Origin: an uncultured Muribaculum sp.
Lineage (GTDB): Bacteria; Bacteroidota; Bacteroidia; Bacteroidales; Muribaculaceae
DNA length: 64,000 nucleotides
Reading direction: 5' to 3'
Assembly: GCA_910589555.1 (NCBI GenBank)
Contig: CAJUTE010000006.1
Span: forward strand, 32,406 to 96,405
Shown one piece after another: positions 46,173 to 56,557 of this stretch; position 1 is the stretch's first letter; each line of letters starts with the position of its first letter. A program made the position numbers and the translations under genes. The notes under the pieces were generated by a model that did no database searches, was not told the origin of the DNA, and saw nothing but the letters and a program-made list of their open reading frames with translations.

Positions 46173-49100
46173 ATGAAAAAACTTGCACTATCTATCATCT
46201 CACTTTCTACTGCCGCTATCGCATGGTCATCAGCCCCGACAATCAACGATATGCGGCAGTCATTCATCACCCCTCCCGACTCCACCCGCACAAAAGTGTG
46301 GTGGTTCCATGGTGAAGATTCAGCAACCCGCGAAGGCATAACCGCCGACCTTGAGGCATTCCGCCGGCAAGGTGTAGGCGGGATTGTATATTATGACCAA
46401 GTGCATGGAAAAGACGTCAACGCACCGCAGCTAATGTCAGAACAATGGTGGGACGCCCTTCTGTTTTCAGCAAGCGAAGCTCAACGTCTCGGACTCTCTT
46501 TTGAGGCAAACGTGGGCAATGGATATGTGGCGGGAGGACCTTGGATAACACCGGAACTCAGCATGAAACGTGTCGCCTCATCTGACATAACCATAGACGG
46601 AGGTCTCGAAATCGACACCATTCTACCCACTCCGGAAGCGCCGTTCAATTACTTCAGCGATATAGCCGTTCTCGCCATTCCCGCCACCAATCACCGCAGC
46701 GTCACCATCCTGTCGGACTCAACCATACGCGGAAACAATCCCGAAGATACAATAGTGATCGATTATGACTGCGGCGAAAACTTCACGGCGCGAAGCATCA
46801 CCTACACACTCAATGGCAGAGCCAAGGCAAAAACATTGGCTATGAACTATCCCGGCAAACCCGGCGAGGAATTCTACGGCTGCCTATACAGAACACTTCC
46901 TTCGCCGGGAACTCTCGAAGTGTCAGACGATGGAATAAACTACCGCACAGTCATCGCCCTTGAGCCCCGCTACCGCAACCATGGCGGAGTAAAATTCAAG
47001 ACCATATCCTTCCCCGCAGTCACAGGGAGGTACTACCGTATAAAATTGCAGGGTTGGGGAAGCGGGCACAAAGATGACAACCGCATAGCAATCGAAAATG
47101 TGACATTGCGCCAGGACGCCATGAACTACGATTGGGAAACCAAGGCAGCTTTAGTTTCGGAATATATTGATCCCGACCTTACCCCCGACTATGGCGAAGA
47201 TGAAATAATACCGCTCGACCGCGTCATAAATCTCACTTCCAATATGGATAAAGATGGCAGGCTGCGCTCCTCGCCACTCCCTCCCGGGAAATGGGCAATC
47301 ATGAGATTTTACACAATCTCAACCGGTGCCAGAACCAAACATGGACGAAAAGAGGCATTAGGACTTGAATGTGACAAGCTGTCGACTGCCGGAGCGGAAT
47401 GCCAATGGAACAACTACGTGAAGCCGGTCGTCGACTCCATACGTGCCCATGGTGCCATAATCGAAGGGATAACCATGGACAGCCACGAGGCGGGACCGCA
47501 GAACTGGACACAAGGGTTGGACAGCGACTTCATGTCACGCAACGGCTATGACATGACTCCGTTTCTGCCGGCAATGGCAGGCTACGTGGTTGATTCCAAA
47601 GAAGCTACCGCCACATTCCTTCAGGATCTGAGGCGCACATTGTCACAATTGACCGCCGAAAGATATTACGGTGCGTTTGATTCCCTTGCAAGAAAGGAAG
47701 GACTTAGATTCACCGCTCAGGCAATAGGCGGTGCGCTATGCCTGACCGGCGACAACATCGAAGTGAAAAAGCACATCGACAAGCCCCAAGGAGAGTTCTG
47801 GGCATATCAAACCGACGGCAGCTACGACATAAAAGATTGCTCCTCAGCTGCCCATATCTACGGCAAGAGGATAGCATCGGGCGAAGCATTCACCGATGCC
47901 AAGTACAGCCACAAACCTCACGATATAAAAAGCCTCGCCGACTATGCCTGCGCTTTTGGCATAAACGAATTTGTAGTGTGCGCGTCGGCATATCAGCCGA
48001 GCCTGACCGATATTCCGGGAAACACCGCCAACGGACGACAATATTGCCTGAACCGCAACAACACATTCTGGGAACTCTCCAAACCGATGTGGGATTCGCA
48101 GGCACGTTGCAACTATATGCTGCGCCAGGGAGAGCCGGTAGTGGATCTTGGCGTGTATCTCGGCGACGAAGTTCCCATAAGGATTATATCGCACCGCCTG
48201 CCGGAAATACCAGCCGGATTCAATTTCGACGCATTCACCACCGATGCCCTGATGAGCATGACCGTCGACAACGCCGGCATGATCACCCTACCCTCAGGAA
48301 TGAAATTCACAGCAATCACCTTGCCTGATGCCGAGTTCAAGGAATCAATCCGAAAGAAAATCGCGGAATTGAAAAAAGCGGGAGCTCGAGTTTACGAACC
48401 TGCCGCCAATGAATCGTTGGCTACATTCCTGCAAAGCAACCGGATAATGCCCGATTTGACATATCAAGGCTCCGATACCCTGTTTTTCGCTCACCGCCGC
48501 CTGCCGGATGCCGACATATATTTCATCGACAATCATTGCGGCACACCCATGGATTTCAACTTCACTTTCAACACATCCCGCAAGAATGCTGAGATATGGA
48601 ATCATGTGACCGGAAATATCACCTCGGTCAAGACTGAAAGCACAGGCGACAGCCGACAAGCCGCCCATCTGCCTATGGCTCCACATGAATCAACATTCGT
48701 GATATTCCACGACCACGCCACCGTGCTCCCCGCTTATACACATGAAGCTGTCGATTCAATCACAATAACCGGAGAGTGGAAAGCGTGGTTTGACCCAAAA
48801 ATGGGTGGCGCAGGCAACGTGGTACTGCCCCGTTTAAGCGACTACACCCTAAGCGACAATCCGGCAATAAAATATTTCTCAGGCACCGCAACCTTCACCA
48901 ACAGTTTCACAGCGTCGCCCGATGCCAAATCTCGCTACGAGCTCAAGCTGGACGGATTTACCGATGTAGCGGAAGTTATCGTCAACGATAAATCGGCAGG
49001 GCATATATGGTGTTCTCCATGGACTCTCGACATAACTTCCTACATAACCTCAGGCAACAATGAGATAACGCTCCGCGTTGCCAACAGCCTTTACAACCGC

Positions 49101-49235
49101 ATGATCGGCGACATCAACTTGCCTGCCGACCGACGTGTGACCAAAGCCACCACCACCATCGTCGATGAATCCACACCACTTGTCCCCTCCGGCATCAACG
49201 GAAACGTCACAATAATCCGCTACACCGATCATTAA
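46173..49235 (+). CDS. Large secreted glycoside hydrolase, GH106-like (alpha-L-rhamnosidase-type architecture)
   Basis: N-terminus FITPPDSTRTKVWWFHGE..TREGITADLEAFRRQGVGGIVYYD. C-terminal galactose-binding-like block DVAEVIVNDKSAGHIWCSPWTLDIT..GNNEITLRVANSLYNRMIGD. The family assignment is from memory. Confidence 0.6.
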   Translation: MKKLALSIISLSTAAIAWSSAPTINDMRQSFITPPDSTRTKVWWFHGEDSATREGITADLEAFRRQGVGGIVYYDQVHGKDVNAPQLMSEQWWDALLFSASEAQRLGLSFEANVGNGYVAGGPWITPELSMKRVASSDITIDGGLEIDTILPTPEAPFNYFSDIAVLAIPATNHRSVTILSDSTIRGNNPEDTIVIDYDCGENFTARSITYTLNGRAKAKTLAMNYPGKPGEEFYGCLYRTLPSPGTLEVSDDGINYRTVIALEPRYRNHGGVKFKTISFPAVTGRYYRIKLQGWGSGHKDDNRIAIENVTLRQDAMNYDWETKAALVSEYIDPDLTPDYGEDEIIPLDRVINLTSNMDKDGRLRSSPLPPGKWAIMRFYTISTGARTKHGRKEALGLECDKLSTAGAECQWNNYVKPVVDSIRAHGAIIEGITMDSHEAGPQNWTQGLDSDFMSRNGYDMTPFLPAMAGYVVDSKEATATFLQDLRRTLSQLTAERYYGAFDSLARKEGLRFTAQAIGGALCLTGDNIEVKKHIDKPQGEFWAYQTDGSYDIKDCSSAAHIYGKRIASGEAFTDAKYSHKPHDIKSLADYACAFGINEFVVCASAYQPSLTDIPGNTANGRQYCLNRNNTFWELSKPMWDSQARCNYMLRQGEPVVDLGVYLGDEVPIRIISHRLPEIPAGFNFDAFTTDALMSMTVDNAGMITLPSGMKFTAITLPDAEFKESIRKKIAELKKAGARVYEPAANESLATFLQSNRIMPDLTYQGSDTLFFAHRRLPDADIYFIDNHCGTPMDFNFTFNTSRKNAEIWNHVTGNITSVKTESTGDSRQAAHLPMAPHESTFVIFHDHATVLPAYTHEAVDSITITGEWKAWFDPKMGGAGNVVLPRLSDYTLSDNPAIKYFSGTATFTNSFTASPDAKSRYELKLDGFTDVAEVIVNDKSAGHIWCSPWTLDITSYITSGNNEITLRVANSLYNRMIGDINLPADRRVTKATTTIVDESTPLVPSGINGNVTIIRYTDH

Positions 49236-49263
49236 TAACTATTGCTCAATCATTAAAATAACA

Positions 49264-49296
49264 AAAAGGGGCGAGAATATCACCCCTTTTTATTAT
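49264..49296 (+). terminator. Intrinsic terminator
   Basis: Stem aaaagggg/cccctttt followed by tattattttt. Confidence 0.75.
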
Positions 49297-49318
49297 TTTT
49301 GTGAAAAATATACTTATT

Positions 49319-49765
49319 ATGAAGACTAAATTTTTGACCTTACTGATAGCTATAGTGATGATTCCGTTCCTTGCCGCTTGTGGCGACGATGATGACAACT
49401 TCAATCCCAACAAGTTTGGCTCCACATCACTACGCTCATCGCAATGGACCGGCACACTCACAAAAAAATATGATGTGGGAACAGTTCAGAAAGACCGTGT
49501 GGCAAACTGCGGAATGATTTTCGACAGCAAAAAGGGCGGCGAGTTCAGTTGCCAATGGACCGACACTTATGAAAAGACCGAAAAAGTGAGCTTCACATAT
49601 AAAATCAGCGGCAAGTCGGTGATATTCACCAGCTCCGACAATATCCTGTCAGGTGAATATATCGTTCTTGAATATTCATCATCCAAGATGAAACTCACCA
49701 AAGGCACAGGAAGTTTCGGATCAGACAATTTCTATCTTGACCTGACCCGCGTAGGAGGTAATTAA
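49319..49765 (+). CDS. Hypothetical lipoprotein
   Basis: Lipobox FLAACGDDDD. Start set at the ATG at 49319, after the terminator. Confidence 0.6.
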   Translation: MKTKFLTLLIAIVMIPFLAACGDDDDNFNPNKFGSTSLRSSQWTGTLTKKYDVGTVQKDRVANCGMIFDSKKGGEFSCQWTDTYEKTEKVSFTYKISGKSVIFTSSDNILSGEYIVLEYSSSKMKLTKGTGSFGSDNFYLDLTRVGGN

Positions 49766-49774
49766 ATTACCTCC
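49754..49774. terminator. Perfect 9-bp hairpin containing both convergent stop codons
   Basis: ggaggtaat-taa-attacctcc. The plus-strand stop (49763-49765) and the minus-strand stop (49762-49764) both fall at the 3-nt loop (49763-49765); the minus-strand stop also takes the last stem base, 49762. Confidence 0.5.
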
Positions 49775-50517
49775 ATGTCGGCAAGAAGGCGCTGACGCAC
49801 CACCTCATACATTATCACACCTGCGGCAACCGACACATTGAGCGACCCTATGTGTCCGAACTGCGGTATGCTCACAAATGTGTCACACAGCTTCAATGCC
49901 TCGGGAGATATGCCGGTGTCCTCCGAACCCATGACGATAGCCACCGGAACGGTAAAGTCACACTGCGTGTAATTGATGTCGGCTTTTTCCGAAGCGGCGA
50001 CAATCTTGTAGCCGTTATCCTTCAAGAAACGGATGGCGCCTGTCACCGAGCGTTCACGGCACACAGGAATATGCAGCAATGCTCCTGCCGAGGTCTTGAC
50101 TGCATCACCTCCCACCGACACGCTTCCGCGCTCAGGGATGACAATAGCATCAACACCGGCACACTCACAGGTGCGGGCGATAGCTCCGAAATTCCGCACA
50201 TCGGTGATGCCGTCGAGCACCACGATAAACGGCAGCATTCCGTCCTCATAAAGCTGCGGAACCACATTGTCAAGACGGTGATAAGTCACTGCCGAAAGCA
50301 ATGCTATGACACCTTGGTGATTCTTACGGGTGATCTTATTAAGTTTCTCTACCGGCACCCTCTGCACAAGGATTCCGTTGCTTTTCAACACTCCAAACAA
50401 TTCTTTGCAAAGTTCTCCCTGAAAATCTTTTTTCACAAGCACTTTGTCAATCTCCTTGCCGGCTTCTACGGCTTCCATCACGGCACGTATGCCGAATATA
50501 TATTCATTTGATTCCAT
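49762..50517 (-). CDS. rlmB: 23S rRNA (guanosine-2'-O)-methyltransferase RlmB (SpoU/TrmH family)
   Basis: SpoU_sub_bind-like N-terminus (IFGIRAVMEA) and SpoU blocks (GITDVRNFGAIART, IVMGSEDTGIS, SLNVSVAAG). Confidence 0.8.
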   Translation of the reverse strand: MESNEYIFGIRAVMEAVEAGKEIDKVLVKKDFQGELCKELFGVLKSNGILVQRVPVEKLNKITRKNHQGVIALLSAVTYHRLDNVVPQLYEDGMLPFIVVLDGITDVRNFGAIARTCECAGVDAIVIPERGSVSVGGDAVKTSAGALLHIPVCRERSVTGAIRFLKDNGYKIVAASEKADINYTQCDFTVPVAIVMGSEDTGISPEALKLCDTFVSIPQFGHIGSLNVSVAAGVIMYEVVRQRLLADMEVI

Positions 50518-50533
50518 TGTCAATTTTGTTTTA

Positions 50534-52198
50534 TCATTTAACACCATCTAAAAGAGAACGCGCGTTGGCGCGAGCCGCTTCATCCACGGTCGAGCCGCTA
50601 AGCATCACAGCAAGTTCATCCACTCGCTCCGCAGGTGTCAATAATTTTATTCTTGTATAGGTCGACGTGTCGTCATCCTCTTTATACACCTTGTAGTGGG
50701 CATTTCCTTTTGATGCCACTTGCGGCAGGTGTGTGATGGCGGTCACCTGTATGTTTTCGGAAATAGACTTCATCAATTGTCCCATGCGGTTTGCCACATC
50801 ACCCGACACTCCGGTGTCCACCTCATCAAATATGATCGACGGCAGTTTCATCTTAGTGGCGATGATCGATTTTATCGACAACATGAGACGAGATATCTCA
50901 CCGCCCGATGCAGTACCGCCCACAGGCATCAACTGCTGGTTTTTATTGAACGCAAAAAGCAGTTCCACCTTGTCCATGCCTGTAGAGGTCAATTCGCCGG
51001 TGGTTATATTCACCTTCACTTGTAGATTTTTCATTCCGAGCGGCACGGCTGTAGCTCTCAGAACCTCCTCAAACTTAAGAGCCTCTTCACGTCGGCGTGC
51101 TGAAAGCTCAAGAGCGAGCTCCTTTGCCGATGCTTTCGCGCGACGAGCCTCCTTTTCAAGCTCCTCCACAGTGTAAGAGCTGTTTTCAAGCTGGTCCAGC
51201 TTTTCCCTCAATGCTTCACGAAGCTCAATCAATTGATCGACAGTATCCACCCTATGCTTCTGTTCAAGCGAATAGATGGTGTTAAGACGTTCCTCTATCG
51301 CCTCAAGCTCATCAGGGTCAGCCTGAAGATTGCTGTCATACGCCGTAAGCGTCTCGGCGATATCCTGAATTTCAATGCGAGCCGACTCCAGACGTTCGGA
51401 AATATTATCGCTGTCCTCAAGTATTTTCGCCAGCTCCTCACAATAATCCGATGCCTCGCCTAACAAAGACAACACATTGGAACCGGCGTTGGTCAATGCG
51501 TCGAGGGCGCCATTGAGAGTCAGCTTGATATCGGTCATATTGGACAGCACATCACGGTCATGCTCAAGCTGCTCCTGCTCTCCGGGCTTCAGTTTCAGCT
51601 CGTCAAGCTGTTCAAGCTGAAACCGCGTGAAATCCTCATCACTGCGGTTCTGCTCGATTTTCTTCTTTGTTTCATGAAGGCGCTTAACGGCATTGCGGTA
51701 CACGAGAAAACGCTTGGCGTAATCCCGCAACAACCGTGAATTGCCGGCAAGATTATCTATTATCTGTAATTGGAACTCCGCCGAAGTGAGCAACTGGTTC
51801 TGATGCTGCGAGTGTATGTCGACAAGCTGCATCGCCACGTGAGAAAGTAGATCAAGAGTCACCGGAGAGTCGTTGATAAACGCACGCGACCGCCCCGCCG
51901 GAGCAATCTCACGCCTGAGTATGCACACAGCGTCATCCCACTCAATATCGTGAGCCACGCAGTATTCTTTCAATGCCGGATAGCCCGTGACATCAAACAC
52001 AGCCTCGATCACCGATTTCTTGCTTGAATCGCGCACTGCCTTCAAATCGGCCCTGCCGCCAAGTATCAATGACAACGCTCCAAGCATGATCGACTTTCCC
52101 GCACCGGTCTCTCCGGTGATAATGTTAAACCCGGAATGGAAATCGATATCGACAATGTCGATCAAAGCATAGTTGGATATATATAATGATTTTAGCAT
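50534..52198 (-). CDS. recN: DNA repair protein RecN
   Basis: Walker A GETGAGKS, long coiled-coil, and signature GGTASGGEISR. Confidence 0.92.
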   Translation of the reverse strand: MLKSLYISNYALIDIVDIDFHSGFNIITGETGAGKSIMLGALSLILGGRADLKAVRDSSKKSVIEAVFDVTGYPALKEYCVAHDIEWDDAVCILRREIAPAGRSRAFINDSPVTLDLLSHVAMQLVDIHSQHQNQLLTSAEFQLQIIDNLAGNSRLLRDYAKRFLVYRNAVKRLHETKKKIEQNRSDEDFTRFQLEQLDELKLKPGEQEQLEHDRDVLSNMTDIKLTLNGALDALTNAGSNVLSLLGEASDYCEELAKILEDSDNISERLESARIEIQDIAETLTAYDSNLQADPDELEAIEERLNTIYSLEQKHRVDTVDQLIELREALREKLDQLENSSYTVEELEKEARRAKASAKELALELSARRREEALKFEEVLRATAVPLGMKNLQVKVNITTGELTSTGMDKVELLFAFNKNQQLMPVGGTASGGEISRLMLSIKSIIATKMKLPSIIFDEVDTGVSGDVANRMGQLMKSISENIQVTAITHLPQVASKGNAHYKVYKEDDDTSTYTRIKLLTPAERVDELAVMLSGSTVDEAARANARSLLDGVK

Positions 52199-52204
52199 CG
52201 TCTA

Positions 52205-53110
52205 TTATTTATTAACTCCTCGCTTTATCATGTCAAGACGCGTGGTCTCCACCGGATAAATCGAATAAAGCAGTTCATAAACTCCCGTCCGCTCATTCTG
52301 AGGCGACTTGGTGTAAAGATTCACAAGCTCGTCAAGCTTCGCATCCTTGAACATCGACAATCCCACCGACATAGGCGACTGGGAAAAGACCTCTTTCAAC
52401 ACATTGAGCGACTCCGTGATAGTGGCACGCCCTTTAGCCGGACTTACCGACATCTCATCAAGCCCTTTCCTGTGGTATTGGTAAGTAAGATCACGCAACT
52501 TTGAAGTGGCAGGATCGGTGAACGCTGACAATACCGCGCTGCGGTTTTTGGTGTCTTCAAAAGCCTTCCATCCGCTCTCGCCCGATGATTGAGCCATCTG
52601 AACCACGCGCTGCAACTCTTTGAAAAACGGTTCACCGCCACGAGGCGAGAAACTGTCAAAATCCATGGCGAGAATCAGGTACACATAAAAATCGATTATC
52701 GCAGTAAGATTGCTCTCCATCGAATTTTCCGAAAAAATAAGCGGCTCACCTTCCCTATACTCAAATTCCACTTTAGTGTCCTTAAAATTGATCAAAGTAG
52801 TGGTATAAGAGCTGTTGTAGACGGGACGCGAGGACTGCACCTGAAGGTCGCCCACCATCTTGTCGTCATTATATTCTTTTATGGAGAAAAACAGCTTGCA
52901 CTCGATCTTCTCATTGGGCGAAATTTGGGCGGGAGTCCATTTCCGCGTATTGACATACTCGGAAATAGCCTCTTTAAGTGTTTCGAATACTGAAGTATTG
53001 GTGCCGCCCACCTGTGAGTAGTCGACTGTCACTTGACAATTCAGCTCCTGAGCATGAACGTCAACAAACAAGAGCGCCGATAAAATAGTGAGGAGAAGCG
53101 AGCGCATCAT
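52205..53110 (-). CDS. DUF4835-family protein (some databases label this family T9SS-associated PorD; not verifiable here)
   Basis: Signal peptide plus QELNCQVTVDYSQV..VFETLKEAISEYVNTRKWT, as I recall for DUF4835. It sits between recN and coaBC, where I recall this family lying in Bacteroidota. Confidence 0.6.
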   Translation of the reverse strand: MMRSLLLTILSALLFVDVHAQELNCQVTVDYSQVGGTNTSVFETLKEAISEYVNTRKWTPAQISPNEKIECKLFFSIKEYNDDKMVGDLQVQSSRPVYNSSYTTTLINFKDTKVEFEYREGEPLIFSENSMESNLTAIIDFYVYLILAMDFDSFSPRGGEPFFKELQRVVQMAQSSGESGWKAFEDTKNRSAVLSAFTDPATSKLRDLTYQYHRKGLDEMSVSPAKGRATITESLNVLKEVFSQSPMSVGLSMFKDAKLDELVNLYTKSPQNERTGVYELLYSIYPVETTRLDMIKRGVNK

Positions 53111-54303
53111 AAAGTTTCGATTGTGTCGAGAATGTCACCGGCGACCTCCGCCTTTGATTTCATGCTGAATGGAAGCGCACGTCCATCAGCCGTGTATATG
53201 GTCACCTTATTGGTATCGGTTCCAAATCCCGCTCCGGCATCGCGCAGCGAGTTAAGCACGATCATGTCAAGATGCTTTGACGCAAGCTTGCCCTGAGCGT
53301 TAGTCTCCTCATGGTCAGTCTCAAGCGCAAATCCCACCAATATCTGTCCCGGGCGTTTTGCTCCGCCGAGAGTTTTGGCAATGTCAGGATTCTTAACAAG
53401 CTCGATCACAGGCGCATCATGCCCTTCGCGTTTTATCTTTTTATCGCTCGAATGAGCCGGAGCATAATCAGCCACAGCCGCACACATCACGGCAATGTCG
53501 CTGTCGCCAAAATGAGCCTCGCAAGCTTCAAGCATCTGCCGTGCCGACTCCACTTTAACCACATTTATGCCGCGTCCCGACACTTTAATGTCCACGGGAC
53601 CGCTCACCAGAGTGACCTCAGCCCCACGGGATGCAGCCTCCTCGGCTATAGCATAGCCCATTTTCCCTGAGCTGTAATTGCCTATGAATCTCACCGGATC
53701 GATCTTCTCGTAGGTGGGACCGGCGGTGACAAGCACCTTTTTGCCTGAAAGTGTCTTCTGCTTGGCAAAAAACGCCTCAAGCGCCTTCACGATGTTCTCA
53801 GGCTCCTCCATCCTGCCTTTTCCTACAAGATGGCTCGCAAGCTCACCAACAGCCGGCTCTATGATGTGATTGCCATAGCTTTTCAGCAATTGCAGATTTC
53901 GGCAAGTCGACGGATGAGCCATCATGTCAAGATCCATAGCGGGAGCCACGAAAACCGGAGCCTTCGCCGAAAGATAAGTGGTCACAAGCATATTGTCGGC
54001 AACTCCATTTGCCATCTTTCCGATGGTCGAGGCGGTAGCCGGCGCTATCACCATCGCGTCAGCCCACAATCCGAGGTCGACATGGCTGTGCCATTCGCCG
54101 GTGTTGGCGGTGAAGAATTCACTCACCACCGGCTTTCCGCTGAGAGCCGACAATGTGACTGGCGTAATGAATTCCTTAGCCGAAGGCGTCATCACCACCT
54201 GCACTTCAGCGCCAGCCTTTATCAACAGACGCAAAAGATAAGCCGATTTATAGGCGGCTATGCCTCCGGTTATACCGAGTACTATGTGCTTTCCTTTCAA
54301 CAT
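53107..54303 (-). CDS. coaBC: Bifunctional phosphopantothenoylcysteine decarboxylase / phosphopantothenate-cysteine ligase
   Basis: GITGGIAAYK flavoprotein N-terminus and the CoaB block NYSSGKMG. The 4-nt ATGA overlap falls at its 3' end, where its stop meets the start of the next gene. Confidence 0.92.
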   Translation of the reverse strand: MLKGKHIVLGITGGIAAYKSAYLLRLLIKAGAEVQVVMTPSAKEFITPVTLSALSGKPVVSEFFTANTGEWHSHVDLGLWADAMVIAPATASTIGKMANGVADNMLVTTYLSAKAPVFVAPAMDLDMMAHPSTCRNLQLLKSYGNHIIEPAVGELASHLVGKGRMEEPENIVKALEAFFAKQKTLSGKKVLVTAGPTYEKIDPVRFIGNYSSGKMGYAIAEEAASRGAEVTLVSGPVDIKVSGRGINVVKVESARQMLEACEAHFGDSDIAVMCAAVADYAPAHSSDKKIKREGHDAPVIELVKNPDIAKTLGGAKRPGQILVGFALETDHEETNAQGKLASKHLDMIVLNSLRDAGAGFGTDTNKVTIYTADGRALPFSMKSKAEVAGDILDTIETL

Positions 54304-54314
54304 CAGCCTGCCTG

Positions 54315-55076
54315 TTATTTGATTCTCATTCTTATGCGGGTTATGACCTGCTTGGTGTTTTCGGCAAATTCGCCCTGCATCATCCAGCTATAATAGCTCG
54401 GTTCGCGGGCAAAAACCTTTTCCACCTCCTGACCCTTGTATTTACCGAAATTAAACACCTCTTTGCCCGCTTCATTAAATATGATTCTGCCCATGAGATC
54501 GGCGTTCTTGTTCATGGTAGAAAATTCGGCAAGATAAGCTATGTCGTTTTTCAACGAAGGATAGCGGTCAAGCTGAGCCTTCAGCACCTCGTATGTGGCA
54601 CGGGTGTCGGCATTCGCCGAGTGTGCCGCTTCCAGATCCTTTCCGCAATAGAACTTATAAGCCGCCACAAGCGTGCGTTGCTCCATCTTATGAAAGATGT
54701 TCTGGACATCGACAAAGTTATGGCGAGCCATGTCAATCTCCACACCGGCTGTGGCAAACTCCTGCATGAGAAGAGGCACGTCGAAGCGGTTGGAGTTGAA
54801 TCCGGCGATATCGCATCCCTGAAACACTCTGGCAAGCTCCTTTGCCACATCCTTGAACCGGGGACAATCCTTCACATCATCATCAGTGATGTGATGCACG
54901 GCAGTCGCTTCAGCAGGAATAGGCATCCCGGGATTGACTCGGAGTGTCTTTTCCTCCTCTTCTCCCGAAGGAAGCACCTTTATGTAGGAAATCTCTACGA
55001 TTTTGTCGCGAAGTATATTGACACCGGTAGTTTCAAGGTCAAAGAAAACTATCGGCTTCTTTAATTGCAATTCCAT
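54315..55076 (-). CDS. DEDD-family 3'-5' exonuclease (DnaQ/epsilon-like)
   Basis: ExoI FFDLETTG, ExoII GFNSNRFD, ExoIII HSANADT. Confidence 0.8.
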   Translation of the reverse strand: MELQLKKPIVFFDLETTGVNILRDKIVEISYIKVLPSGEEEEKTLRVNPGMPIPAEATAVHHITDDDVKDCPRFKDVAKELARVFQGCDIAGFNSNRFDVPLLMQEFATAGVEIDMARHNFVDVQNIFHKMEQRTLVAAYKFYCGKDLEAAHSANADTRATYEVLKAQLDRYPSLKNDIAYLAEFSTMNKNADLMGRIIFNEAGKEVFNFGKYKGQEVEKVFAREPSYYSWMMQGEFAENTKQVITRIRMRIK

Positions 55077-55090
55077 TTAGGCGTAAGATC

Positions 55091-56224
55091 TTAAAAGTCA
55101 GTGACGGTCATCGGCATAAGCAACATCAGAAGATCATCGGCGGCACCCTCTTCCTGAGTGGGAAGGAACACACCGGGACGGCTCGGATCCGACAACTTGA
55201 TCACCATGTCATTAGTCGACAATGTGCTTGTGATTTCAATCAGATAAGGAGCGCTGAAGCCTATCACCATCTCTCTGCCGGTGAAGTCGCAAAGCACCTC
55301 TTCACGAGCCGATGTGCAGAAATTATTGTCGGCGGCGCGGAGTGTCATCTTGTCAGGTTCGATCTTGAACTTCACAAGTCCGTGTCCGGGATCCACAAAC
55401 ACGGCTACGCGGCGTATCGCGTTGAGGAACTGATGACGGTCGACAGTGAGCACGTAAGGGTTATCAACCGGAATAACGCGGTTATAATCGGGGAAAGAAC
55501 CCTTGATGAAGCGGCAAGAGAACTTATAGGACGGAGTTTCAAATGTCGCGCTCTTGGGAGTGATGGTGATATTCACCTGCTGCTCCTTGGCAAACACATT
55601 CTTAAGCACTGCCGCCGGCTTGACAGGAAGGATGAAAGAGCCCTCATGTCCCGGAGCGGCTACGCTGTTGCGATAGCGCACGAGCTTACGTGTGTCGGTA
55701 GCAACAAATGTGATCGAATCAGGCTTGATGTCCCACAGGATACCCATCATCTGCGGACGAAGGTCGTCATTGCCCACTGCGAAAAGGGTGTTGTCGATCC
55801 CTTTAAGCATCTGATCCACCGGATAGGTGAACGAGAATGTCGCAGCATCCCCCTCGGTTGATTCATTGGAAGGATACTCGTTGCCGTTAAGAGCGATGAA
55901 GCTGTAGTTACCGTTGCTGTAGTTTATCTCTACCGACAGATTATCGTCATTGATCGAAAATTCAATGCCTTGGTCGGGCATCTCTTTCAAGAGATCCACA
56001 AGACGGCGCGCGTCGATACAGAATTTGCCACTCCCTTCCGAATCCATCACTTCAAGATGAGCCACCAATGTATTTTCCAAATCCGATGCCGTAACGGTCA
56101 GCGAATTATCATTTAGCTCAAACAGGAAATTATTAAGAATCGTCAGCGCGTTCTTAGAGTTAATCACCTTACTCACTGCCGATACGCAGTTGTAAAGAGT
56201 CTTGCTCGATACATTGAATTTCAT
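55091..56224 (-). CDS. dnaN: DNA polymerase III beta sliding clamp
   Basis: 377 aa with a typical DnaN N-terminus (MKFNVSSKTL..AVSKVI..K.ALTILNNFLFEL). Confidence 0.9.
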   Translation of the reverse strand: MKFNVSSKTLYNCVSAVSKVINSKNALTILNNFLFELNDNSLTVTASDLENTLVAHLEVMDSEGSGKFCIDARRLVDLLKEMPDQGIEFSINDDNLSVEINYSNGNYSFIALNGNEYPSNESTEGDAATFSFTYPVDQMLKGIDNTLFAVGNDDLRPQMMGILWDIKPDSITFVATDTRKLVRYRNSVAAPGHEGSFILPVKPAAVLKNVFAKEQQVNITITPKSATFETPSYKFSCRFIKGSFPDYNRVIPVDNPYVLTVDRHQFLNAIRRVAVFVDPGHGLVKFKIEPDKMTLRAADNNFCTSAREEVLCDFTGREMVIGFSAPYLIEITSTLSTNDMVIKLSDPSRPGVFLPTQEEGAADDLLMLLMPMTVTDF

Positions 56225-56380
56225 ATACTATAATTTTATTTCTGTTTTTCCTTATTAACTTACAAAAATAGCAATTTCCATCCAATTCTCACCTATTTTT
56301 CCTCCAATAAATAAATCACCCTGAAATTTTACGTCCCAATCAGAGCCCGACATCAATATCGCGAACTCCGTTCCAAACCA

Positions 56381-56407
56381 ATTATTATTTTTCACAAAAA
56401 TAATTTT
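56381..56407. promoter_or_regulatory. Palindromic site copy 1 (ATTATTTTT-N3-AAAAATAAT)
   Basis: attattattttt cac aaaaataatttt. Identical to 56531-56557 except for the 3-nt centre. Confidence 0.5.
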
Positions 56408-56530
56408 CCACAAAAATAATCCACACCACCTACACCACAACATAGCACTGAATCATCCTTGCAGCTACGCTTCATCTTAAAATATTTCGGCATACGCAAT
56501 ATATTTATGAATTTGGCTTAATCGAAATTT

Positions 56531-56557
56531 ATTATTATTTTTACGAAAAATAATTTT
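56531..56557. promoter_or_regulatory. Palindromic site copy 2, 15 nt upstream of the ATPase ATG
   Basis: attattattttt acg aaaaataatttt. Confidence 0.5.

Noticed and set aside
47738-48328. 196-aa plus-strand alternative-frame ORF, and several minus-strand ORFs, inside the GH106-like gene
   Set aside because: They are Arg/Pro/His-rich out-of-frame translations within a continuous 1020-aa ORF with recognisable N- and C-terminal domains.
56255-56443. 62-aa minus-strand ORF upstream of dnaN
   Set aside because: It covers the palindrome and DnaA-box-like region, has a Trp/Cys/Phe-rich improbable composition, and I see no start context.
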